A stretch of 64,000 bases of DNA from Lepidodermella squamata (taxonomy: Eukaryota > Animalia > Gastrotricha): contig JBLDXI010000040.1 in the NCBI GenBank assembly GCA_047495785.1, positions 310,001-374,000 on the forward strand. The letters are read 5' to 3'. Each line of letters starts with the position of its first letter. Position 1 is the first letter of the stretch. The notes under the pieces are model-generated. The model worked only from the letters and a program-made list of their open reading frames with translations. It did no database searches and had not been told where the DNA came from. Positions 38,797 through 49,794 of this stretch are shown piece after piece. Both the position numbers and the translations under genes were made by a program.

Positions 38797-40755
38797 ATGT
38801 TTTATGATTATATCCAACTGGCGAGCAATTTATTGTTAACTTATGGATGTATAATTTCAGCAATTGAAATACCCCTTGAAGCCCCTCCAGCGATTCCCAG
38901 TGAATGCCTGGGAGCGAACGCGACAGGTAAAGCTTCCGAGCAAGAAGTGGCCGATATTTTCTTCAAACCTTACGGAAAATGGACGCGGCCAAGACTGAAC
39001 TCAAGCGATACGGTGCTAGTCGACATAAGCTTTGTGCTCTCTTCTATAACTGAAGTGGTGGGCATATGCTTTAAAGTACCCGAATTCTTTCAAAATGACA
39101 ATTTTCCTAATTTTTTAGTCGGAGCGCGAAAATATAATGAAGATCTCCGGATATCTTAGTGTGGTAATGTATCGAAATTGTGAATATTAAGGATAAAATC
39201 TGAATTTTAGAAGTGGATGGATGGATTTCGTGTCTGGAGGCACAAGTTTCCATATAGCTGTGTTAATTACGTTGGTAAGTTCTCTTCAGTTGAAGGCATT
39301 TTCTTTTGAAGCAAATTGGCTCAATTTCAGTATTACCTGCCAGGAAAATTTGGCTTCCAGACATAGCTCAGGTAATCCACCTTAACAATTTCGAATAGCT
39401 TGATAGATAAGTTTGCAGATGAACTCGGATGGGCGGTACACGTTGATGGGCAAGCAAGATGAGAAAGTTAGGATACACTCAAACGGCTATACGATCTACA
39501 GTCCTGGTGGAACCTTTGCAGTGTATTGCCACTACGACATGACTCTGTTCCCTCTCGATACACAAACTTGCGCTCTCGAATTAGAAAGGTGACCTAATTA
39601 TTTCTACAGAAAGTACTGTAACATTCGATTTTCTAGCTGGCGTTATACGAGGGCTTACATGAAATTCGAAGCCTCGAACAATATAACTTTGAGATACTAC
39701 AAAACAAATGAGCAATGGGATTTGATTGGGACATCAATGGCTATGATGAACTTCTCCTATTTGGACCCTTCAACATCCTTTGAACACATTGAATTCTACT
39801 TCACTATTCGAAGAAAAGTTGGATATTACATGTAAATCTGTTCTTAACTAGCCAGATGCCTTCATTTCAATGTTCATTTAGGGTTAACGTCATAATTCCA
39901 AGCCTTCTGATCTCTTTGGCACATTTAGCGGCTTTTGCTGTTCCGAGCCATGAATCAGAGAAAATCTGCATCTCTTTCACTTGTTTACTTGCCTACTTGG
40001 TTTTTCAAACTATGGTCGTCGAAGATTTGCCAAGGTATGATGCTTTTAACCCTAAGATTTCCAATCAAACACGATTTTGGATCAAGATCAAGTGACAACA
40101 TTCCTCTCCTCACGATCTATATCGCCCTGCAAATGGCTTACATTGCAATTTCAATTGTAAGATGACATTGAGCTGTGACCCTCCTTAATTCTTTCCATCT
40201 CAGCTCGGCGAAGGCTTGGGAATGTATGCGGTGAATCATATATACTCCCACGGGGCATTTGCCCCAGCGCATGTTCCTGCCTGGCTGCTTTGCTTTTTCA
40301 AATGCGTTGGAATGTTGGTCTGCATGCCTTATCAACCGCAATCAGTTCATCGAATCGACGAGATAGCTAACGCGGATCTTGACGATAGCTTCGAACTCTC
40401 GACAACGAATGGCGGGTCGTTCAGTGAAAGTGAAGTCCCGAATGGCCAACCCTCATCTGATTCGAACGGCGCCCCGCCACCCGGTGGTTACATCAAATCG
40501 AACGGAACTTCCCGCGCCAACAAATCCCGGTCCCAGCAGAAATCGACTACAGCTGAGATAAAGCGGAAAGAGAGCATGCACGTAGCTGAGAACTGGCATG
40601 TTGAATTTGATATGAGGCAAATGCAGTGGTATTACGTATCGCACGTTGTTGACCGCTTTTTCGCCGTTTTTTACATTCTATGCATTATCGTTACGCCTAT
40701 TGCGCTTTTCGCAATTTACGCGGAGATTCACCAACGCGAACACGGCCATCACTAA
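38797..40755 (+). CDS. Divergent Cys-loop ligand-gated ion channel subunit A (nAChR-like, non-alpha)
   Basis: RPRLNSSDTVLVDISF, IWLPDIAQMNS, Cys-loop CHYDMTLFPLDTQTC, ESWRY, NEQWDL, M1 NVIIPSLLIS, M2 SEKICISFTCLLAYLVFQTMVVEDLPRSS, M4 WYYVSHVVDRFF. The start codon is uncertain. Confidence 0.9.
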
Positions 40756-40796
40756 ATAAATTCTTGACGTAATTTATCTTAGAAATTTGCGATTTA

Positions 40797-42733
40797 ATGA
40801 AAGCAATAGCTGGCCTTCTTATCCTTCTGCGGAGCTTTTCATCTTTATTGGCTCAGCCTACTATACCAAGGCCGGCAGATTGTGCTTACTCCACCAAGGC
40901 GGTGTCAGATCAGGACGTTGAAGACAACATTTTCAAGAAATTCGATGCATGGCAACGACCAGTGTTGAATGCTACGCAACCGATAGTCGTCAATCTGACT
41001 TTTGTCCTGTCTTCTATTGCTGATGTGGTAACTTGGCTTAATAATGAGAATAACTTGAAATTTATATATTCCACCTAGCGCGAGAGGGAGCGAATCATGA
41101 AAATCTCTGGCTACCTCAGCGTGGTAAGATCATATTCAGCGAAATTTGTCTAAATTCGCGAAAAATTCTCAGAGATGGATGGATGAGTTCAGAGTTTGGG
41201 CAAATACCTCCTATAAATGTGTCGATTACGTCGGTGAGTTAATGATGAGAATCCCAGATTTTCATACCTCAACTCTATTTTCTAGTTCTACCTGCTAGGA
41301 AGATATGGATCCCCGATATAGCTCAAATGAATTCGGATGGCCGTTACATTCTGATGGGGAAAGAAAAGGAGAAAGTCAGAATCTACGCAAATGGCTATGC
41401 GATTTACAGCCCGGGAGGGACATTCGAGATTTACTGTGAATACGATTTGAGACTGTGAGTTCGATTGAGTATCAAGTTGAAATTCTAAATCAACTTCTCA
41501 TAGATTTCCCTTCGACACTCAGGTAAGAATTTGCCAGATTCTTGCTAAATAGAGCTAACCCTACCTCGTCATTAAGGCATGTACTATTGAGCTAGAAAGG
41601 TGAGTTACAACTGAGAAGCTTTGAAGGGTTAAAGTAATTCCGTGCAGTTGGAGATATTCCAACTCTGAAATGAGATTTTACCTGTTTACCAACGTCACGA
41701 TGAAATACTTCAAGCCTAATGAACAATGGGACGTAGCAGGCCTATCGATGAAGCTGTCCAACGACTCGGTCCGCATGACAAATTCATTCGACCATGTCGA
41801 TTTCATCATCAAAATCAAACGAAAATCTATGCATTACATGTGAGTACTGCATATGGGTTCTCGCAGCATTCAGCTTTCATTTTTTAACCTTCGCATAGGC
41901 TTAACGTCATAGTGCCCAGCATTCTGATATCGATTGCCCACATTGCCGCGTTTTCAGTGCCTATTCGTGATGATAAAAGGATTACGATCACTTTCACCTG
42001 CCTCCTGTCGTATTCGGTTTTTCAGACCATGGTTTTAACCGATATCCCAAGGTAGGATTATTTTACCGTTTTCCAAATCCAGTGAAGTTTTTCTCAGGTC
42101 TAGTGACAAAATTCCTTTGTTGACTACTTACATCGACCTACAACAAGGTTTTATCGCCCTATCAATGGTAAGTCTTGAATCCTTACCGTGAATTATTAAT
42201 TATTTGAAGCTGTTTATCAGCTCGGTGAAGGTCTCGCCCTTTGGCTGTTGAGTAACGTCTATATCTACGGAGATTCTAAACCGAAAAACGTCCCCAATTG
42301 GATGTTTTGCGTCGCTCAAGGCATTGGATGTTGCCTCAATATGTTCTATCACCCTCCAACTGCACCACCACCCCCACCTCAAGCAGCTTCAGTAGCCGAG
42401 CGGCGCCGAAGTCAGCATTACTCTGTGGATAAGAAAAGCGGCAATCATTACAAGAAGCAAAGTGTCCAAGCCGACCGAAGGGGTAGCGTCTATCACGTCA
42501 ACGGCGATTTCAGACGGCAGAGCATGATCCCACCCGGTGGACTGGTAGTAGATCTCAACAGCTCATCATATTTCGATGGCGATCGTGACTTGGATGGCGA
42601 TGAGAGCAAACAAGAGTTGGACACGCGCCAAATGAAATGGCACTTTGTCGCCCATGTTGCCGGGCGGCTTTTCGCCTTCATCTATATTCTCAGCATTTTC
42701 ATAACTCCAATCGCCATGTTTGCAATGTACTAA
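40797..42733 (+). CDS. Divergent Cys-loop ligand-gated ion channel subunit B (tandem paralog, non-alpha)
   Basis: Signal MKAIAGLLILLRSFSSLLA, RPVLNATQPIVVNLTF, IWIPDIAQMNS, Cys-loop CEYDLRLFPFDTQAC, ESWRY, M2 DDKRITITFTCLLSYSVFQTMVLTDIPRSS, M4 WHFVAHVAGRLF. Confidence 0.9.
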
Positions 42734-43493
42734 GAGGGACAGTGATTTCTCATTCAGAAAAAAATAAAATTCGTATGTATCAGCTTATGGCTATTGCCCG
42801 TTGGGAGTCGCAGCGGTATGTCTAGCCTCCGCAAAGTGGTCCAATTTAGCGGCTTTTACTGCGTAGCGATTCAGTCAAAATCAGCTTTTACAATTGTGTC
42901 CTAATTGGGAAGGGCTATTGTCTGCTTTCGTCATTACAGCAAGTGGGCAGGACCAAAAATGACCGCGCCATGACGGAATTCTTTAGCCACTTCACTTCAC
43001 TTCCTCTCTCAATGCTACATCCAAATTTGACCTTCCAAAAATAGATTATCGGTTGATTTAGAGTAATGCAGTTGCAGGATAGTATGAATCTTGAAAATGC
43101 TATGAATTTATTAAAATGATGCTTGATTCCGATCAGCAGTGCGAAAATTCCACCCATGTGTGCGGGCAGGAATACAGGAAATGACGATATGATTCACGCG
43201 TTATTTGTAGGAATGTTATTGCTTCCCTAAAGCAAATATCGGAAAAAAGCGATTGCGTGGCTTTTCAGCGCTAAATAATTCTGCGACCAACTGCACCAGA
43301 AATTTTAATTTTCAACACGTCAGAAAAAACCTACGCATCCGAAATTAAAAACACCGCTTTTGTATTATTTCATCTACGCGACCTACGCGTGTTTTTCTGG
43401 CAAGCCATAATGTAATAAACATTTTTGATTACTATCGGATTTTTGTCGCGCTAGAATCAGATTAATTTTCAATTTATCATATAGTTTCTACCA

Positions 43494-44137
43494 ATGGCAA
43501 GGCTTGCAGTGATAACATCGCTACTTATCTCATGTTTAGCTGTGGCGACTTTAGCAGCTCCGGCTAAGGTCGCGAGGCAGAAGAACCGGTCGTTTAAGAA
43601 CTCGGAATCCCAAAACAAAGTAGTTGTAGCAGACCCAGAGGCTGGGGAGGCTGCTGGAGAGGCTAATCAAGGCCAACTGGTCGAAGCAGTTCGTGATTTG
43701 GTGTTGGGCAAACTCGAGGAGACTGAACTGGAAGAAATTCGTAATCTGCTGAAAAGTGAGTCCGAAATTATAGTGGACAATTTTCTTAATGAATCACTTT
43801 TATTTCTTAAAGGCTCAACGGACTCAGACCGACGTCAACAAATGATTAGGCGTATTGCTGACTCAATCCGGGGCCTCACTAGTAAATGCCCACCTACTCT
43901 CCCTGCTGCCTTCTGCAAGCAACCGTAAGTAAAATGCTATTAGATATTGGAATGTGGGTGGATTTTTATTGCAAATTTGCATGATTGAATTCATCACGGA
44001 CGTTGTTTTTATCCAGGTTGACATTCTTTCTATGGATGAAGGAGGTGCGCAATCAAGAGAAGGAGAGGCAAAACTACGAATACGTTAAGAAGTTCATCAA
44101 TGATCTTTACATCAACAGCAACAAAGAATCGAATTAA
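43494..44137 (+). CDS. Secreted protein of unrecognised family, paralog 1 of 4
   Basis: Signal peptide, then RRQQMIRRIADSIRGLTSKCPPTLPAAFCKQP, an intron, and LTFFLWMKEVRNQEKERQNYEYVKKFINDLY..*. There is probably an extra in-frame intron at ~43757. Confidence 0.85.
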
Positions 44138-45534
44138 CATTTTATAGAATTCTAGTTATTTCTGCCTAATGTATATGAAATTGTTCTCGACTCTCCTTTT
44201 GTCTGTGATCTGTGATCATCATCTCAACTCGCGTGGCTATTTTTAGTCCTGAATCAATTTCCGCTTTTCTCTATTTCTGAATTTACTCTCTCGCTAGGTC
44301 GATGCCTGGAGAAAAGTCGTTTATTTGAACATAGAAATTCTAGCTTAATTATGAAAATTATAGTACTGCTTCACATTTTTCTTGTATTTTCTATTTGCGT
44401 GAAATGAAATTTTTCCACAAATCAGTCTTTTTCGGTGTATAGCTATATCATTTTCTTATGGCCTTTCCCGAGAAGTGGTGCATTCCCAGTTGGGCATCGG
44501 TCACTAATAACGCATAATTTTGAGTCCTAATAGCTTACGTCCAGGTCACGGAAATGCTATCAAACCATACTTATACGCAGGTAGAATCTAATTAGGATGG
44601 TGTTGGCATTCGTAAATTTGAAAATGTGGTTACTAAGGCTATAATGACGAGGTCTGCCGTATTTGGACGATTGACGGCTTCATCTGATGAATCGGCCTGA
44701 TGAGAAATTTAATCATCAGCACGCATTTCAGCAAGGCGCCGCTCGCCATGCTGCGCTGTCTCTTAACCGGATGAGACTGTGGAATGTGATACCTTGGCGA
44801 TTTTCCATACGATAAGCCTAATTAAAGTAGCATTTTCACAGTTCGCCTTCAGCCCCCATTTAGTTCAAAGTCAAAAAGGTCTAGATCATCCATCATGTCG
44901 CAGAAATTCTCTGTGAAATGGGATACTCATGAAAACAACAGAATGAGAGTTCGTCGCCTCTCCAAAACGTGATATCCGTAAGCGGCAAGCCGGAACCGTG
45001 TGTTTGCCAGTAATAGTCACGGCACTGCCTAATCCTACGCAGCTGAAAGATGATTTCAGCATTTTTCTATCCTTCAAATTCTAGGCCGTCCCAAACCAAA
45101 TTTTTTCGTCCTGAAAACCCAAGATTTAATTACGAGTCTGAGAATTTATTTCAAATGATTCGGAACTAAGCGACCATCAATAATATTATTGTTTTTTTCT
45201 ATCACTGGACGTATATCAGACAAGTGGGCGCTGGGAACCTGTTATCATCAAATTATTCAGTAATTCACAGCGTAAAACTGCAACGACGCCGTGATTTGTC
45301 GATACAAAGTCAATTACAGCCGAGAAAAAATGCAATCGCCGCTTGAACGCATGAACGACTTCCATTAAGCGAGATTTGTTCAGCGACTGACCAACTTTTT
45401 TCACTGACAGGAAAAGCACTCAGAGCGTGTTGTCTCTGCGTTTTTTTCTGATAATTTAACTCATTTTCTCATTCTTTCGAAAAAATCTCCTGCATATATT
45501 TTAGAATTTAAACTTCAGTTAGCAATCCGCAGAT

Positions 45535-46262
45535 ATGGAATTGTCGGTTTTAGCAATTTTACTGTTGACCGTGGCTGTTTTCTGCGAAGAGATTCCCCAG
45601 GACTTGGCTGAGATTTTCGAACAGAGCGAGGATAAATCAAAATTTATCGACGAATTGCTCGAAGCTGGTGACTACTTAACGAACCAAAACGCTGCAATGT
45701 CATCGATAGGCCTTCGAACGGGTAATTCCCAGCTGAGTAAGATGAAGGCTCTTCAAAACATGGTATCGGCAAAGGCAGCGAAGGACCCTCGTAAGGCGGC
45801 GGATCAAGCTACGAAGCAAAAGGAGCCCTCGAACATCGAAGGCAGCCGGCGTCAACTCGACGAAATGCGAACACTACTAACGAGCTCTGACAACTCGCCG
45901 CGGAGGCAGATGCTTCTCAGGATGATTGCTGACGCTGTGAAAGCCCGTTCTGGCAACTGCCCATCCACGCTACCACCAGGTTTCTGCAGGCAACCTTTGG
46001 TTAGTTATTAGCATAGGTCTTCTTATCGTTTTAAATTTCGATTTTATTTCCATTTTAGACATTCTTCCTTTGGTTGAAGGAAGTACGTGAGCAGGAAAAG
46101 GAACGTGAAATGTACGATGCTGTGAAGGGCATGCTGACGGCGATGTTCTCTAGTCCGGCTGATGCGAAAGCGCTTGAAAACAACAAGCCAGCCCACGCTG
46201 CTGGATCGCTGCTCCCCGCCGCCGCCTCGCCGAGACTCTTGAAAGCAGCACGAGCTAACTAA
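45535..46262 (+). CDS. Secreted protein of unrecognised family, paralog 2 of 4
   Basis: Signal peptide; RRQMLLRMIADAVKARSGNCPSTLPPGFCRQPL|TFFLWLKEVREQEKEREMYDAVKGML..*. Confidence 0.85.
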
Positions 46263-46898
46263 CACGCCTCCGCGGCAATCTTCATCGTCGTACTAGTCTC
46301 TATCGCCCTCAACTCGTCCTTTAAAATTGCTGAACGATCAAAGCATTGCATCCGCAACCGGTCTCATGGATGATTAGTGCACAATGATTTAGCTTAGGTT
46401 CAATATTTTAGTTAAGTTTCAGTTTATCAAACTTTAAGTTGAAAATTTCACTTAAACAATTATCATTTCTGTAGCACCAATTTGAATATTTTCGATTTTT
46501 TGTGTGAAGAAACGCGAATAAACATCAGAGAGTTGATTGAGAGTCTTATAAGCGGGGGTGGAGGGATTCAATTTTTTGAGAGTTACCGGACATTGGAAAA
46601 ACCAGTCTAATAACTTTTGTCATCACATGTGTGCGTTAATGCAAGTTTTATTAAATTAAAAAATTCCTATCATTTACGAACACAGACGTCATGTTTCGGG
46701 TCGTGATCTGGGGGAGATATGGCAAATTAGGCCTCAGTACTCAGATCGCCAGGCTTATTTAGAGGGCGCAGGTTCATCGATGCGAGATAATGGCAACATA
46801 CATGATATAAATCAACCATCCACGTAAAAGCAACGTAAAACGTAGAGACGATCTGAATTTTTGCCACTATTCTAGCTTATTTCTGCTTATTAGAAAAC

Positions 46899-47521
46899 AT
46901 GTTTATTCGAATTTTAACACCGAGCCTTTTGATTGGGGTATTTTTATCCACCTTTGTAGCATCAGACCCGGCTTTTGTGACTCACCTGCGCCGTGACAAA
47001 CAGCCTCGAGCAGCCATCGCTACGAATAAACTGCGTGTTAGGGTTGGCGATCAAATCCCGATAACTCAGGGCGCGAATGCTGCTTCGAAAGACGAAGGCT
47101 GGCTAAGCGCAGAAGCTGCAACTCCAGCGACGGATGCGAGTGCGAAAAATCAAAGCCGAGGCAATGCAACGGAGAGTATGAAGTCCCTAACATTTATTAG
47201 GAGTGTCCTTTTGAGTAAGGCCAGCAACCCCCAGCGGCACAACGTCTTGCGAGCTATTGCTAACCTAGTCAAAACGAACTCGAAGCAATGCCCTCCTTCG
47301 ATGCCTGCTGAATTTTGTCACCAACCATTGGTAAACTTATTGCATAGCTCGCTGTTTCAGATTTTAACCTAGTTTTTCCTCTATAGACATTTTTCCTCTG
47401 GTTGAAGGAGTATCGAAATCAAGAAAAGGAACGAGAGATGTATGAAAACGTTCGCCGTCTTCTTGTGCAACTACTCGCAAATCCGCAGCTGAACGCAGGC
47501 GAGCAAATCCCAGCAAATTAG
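46899..47521 (+). CDS. Secreted protein of unrecognised family, paralog 3 of 4
   Basis: Signal peptide; QRHNVLRAIANLVKTNSKQCPPSMPAEFCHQPL|TFFLWLKEYRNQEKEREMYENVRRLLVQLL..*. Confidence 0.85.
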
Positions 47522-48179
47522 CTATGAAGATCAAATCGCTATAAAACCAAATCAATAGCCAATCACAAATTTGTTTTTCCTATTCGATAATTTGTATCAC
47601 TTTGCATGATCAAGTAAAATTTGAGCATTTGTCATTTGGCTGATTGCTGACCATCAAAGTTTTAAATCTGAAAAAAATCAAGGTCAATATCTATTGTGAC
47701 CGAAAAATCTCAGACGTAAACAGTGAAACGCAAGCAAAATTTTGGCACAGAATTTTCATTACAGGAAAAACAAACCGGGAGCATATGTCGAGTGGGAAAT
47801 TTTTCTAGTATATTATGCGCCTTTCTCGGCTGCGCTTTATAGCAATTTGGATTCCGGAAATTTATTTTAGTCCGCATCAAAACCAGCACGGAAGCTTTTG
47901 CGTCAACACGTGATTTCCTGGTCCATTTAGTCGGTGCGTGTGAGATTAATATAGCAATTCCGGTATTGTTGTGGCTCTAAAGCGAGGGCGAATAAATCGC
48001 GCACCTCATTTTCACGCATGCGTGATTTTTAATATTACACGGATGTAAGAGGTGTGAAGAGAAAAATTAATAGCCTGGGAGGCAGAGGCTGTATTGCGTC
48101 TGGGCTTTTCAAAAAAGCCAATCAATTTCAGTCGGTAGAATTTCAAGCACGAAAAATCGTCTCATTATCGAGAGCATAA

Positions 48180-48731
48180 ATGGCTTCGCTTCAAAAAATT
48201 GTACTCTTAGCTATGCTGGTTGTAGCCTCCCAACAGTCGGAAAATTCGTTGAAAAATCGTTCGGCGAATAAAGTCCCTGAAAGAGCCGCCAAATTGAAAT
48301 CGCTTGTCTCTGGGAAGCTTAAATTGCGAAACGGAATCGCGATTCCGACCATCCCGACCGTTCCACCAGTTACGAAGCCGAAACCTTTAAGCAACTCGAT
48401 CGAATTCGGCAATCAGGCTGGTCAGATTCGAGATATGTTGATGAGCGGCAGCGACAACCCCCGCCGGACTGAACTTCTCCGCCTCATCGCGAATGCTGTT
48501 AGATCGAAAACGAACAAATGCCCAGCTTCGTTGCCTGCTGAATTCTGCCATCAGCCACTGGTGAGTTATTGGACTGAAAGATGAAAGCTGATTTTAATCT
48601 TGAAATTTTAGACATTCTTCCTGTGGATGGACAAAGTTCGGAGTCAGGAACAGGAGAAGGAAACGTATGAAAATGTCAGACAACTGCTCGTTCAACTCAT
48701 GTCCGATCAGCCTAATTTGATCCAGCAATAA
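48180..48731 (+). CDS. Secreted protein of unrecognised family, paralog 4 of 4
   Basis: Signal peptide; RRTELLRLIANAVRSKTNKCPASLPAEFCHQPL|TFFLWMDKVRSQEQEKETYENVRQLLVQLM..*. Confidence 0.85.
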
Positions 48732-49121
48732 AACTTCCTTAAAATGCCCTGAAATCCCGAGTTACACATTTTTTACTTCGGTTTAGTTAAGCACGTCTTG
48801 ATTTTATTTTCGATTTTTCATTTTGATTTTTGGAATAAACTTACGGCTTTTATCGCATGTTTCACAGGATACAGGATTTTGAATGATTCATGATTCATTT
48901 CTAGTTCCTGGTTTTATTCATTTTCAGGCGACGATAAATTTCAAACATAAAATAAGCGTGATTCCCCGTATGATTGCACATTGAAATGGATGAATTTACG
49001 TATTTGTGACAAAATTAAACGTATTATAATAATATTTTCTGTTGAAAGATTGACAAATCACAACCGTTCTAATCTAAAACCACGATTGTTCTTTACACTA
49101 TGTAGCCTATAGAACTCGCGT

Positions 49122-49653
49122 CTAACGGATGGTGAGGACGAGGGCCACGATGAGACCGTACAGACCGAGTACCTCGGCGAAGATGAGGATCAAAATCATG
49201 CCGATGAAGAGACGCGGCTGTTGCGCCGTACCACGGACACCAGCATCACCGACCACACCGACAGCGAAGCCGGCAGCAAGACCGGACAGGCCAACCGAAA
49301 GACCAGCGCCCAAGTGGGTGAAGCTCTTGCCGAGCAGGTACTTGCCTGGGGTAAGGTCGATGCCCTGGGCGATGACTACGGCGACGACGAGACCGTAGAT
49401 GGCAATGATACCCGCCATGACGACGGGGATGATGGATCGCATGATGAGCTCAGGACGCATGACGGCCATCGCGGCGATACCGGTGCCAGACTTAGCGGTA
49501 CCGTAGGCAGCACCGAGGGCTGAAAAACATGGAACTGTAAAATCTTTGATGGTTCAATTTTTCGAAATCCTTACCGCTGAAAACCATCGCGGAAGTGGCT
49601 CCCATGGCTCCGAAGAACGGAGCGTAGGGTGGGTAGTCGGCACTGTCAGACAT
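49122..49653 (-). CDS. ATP6V0C: V-type proton ATPase 16 kDa proteolipid subunit c
   Basis: Two exons (49575-49653 and 49122-49519) encode 158 aa: [76 protein letters not shown], including the proton-binding Glu. Confidence 0.98.
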
Positions 49654-49794
49654 TTTTTGATTTTGGCTAAAGTTAATACTACCTAAGCTGTAAAATTGAA
49701 TGTTCAGAGTTCATGACAAATGGGAAAACATGTTTGACGCTGTATTCAATCCCAAACCTCCGACAAACGTCAGTCAATAACCTCGGTGTATGTA

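Noticed and set aside
43880-43925. Cx8C loop as an elevenin- or MCH-type neuropeptide
   Set aside because: The spacing matches but the residues do not, there are no flanking dibasic or amidation sites, and conservation extends well beyond the loop.
44684-44720. CTGATGA motifs as a hammerhead ribozyme (also at 51117, and CTGATGG at 51661)
   Set aside because: No stem II followed by GAAA and no closing stems could be built.
49129-49523. Plus-strand ORFs
   Set aside because: They are antisense shadows of the codon-biased V-ATPase c gene.
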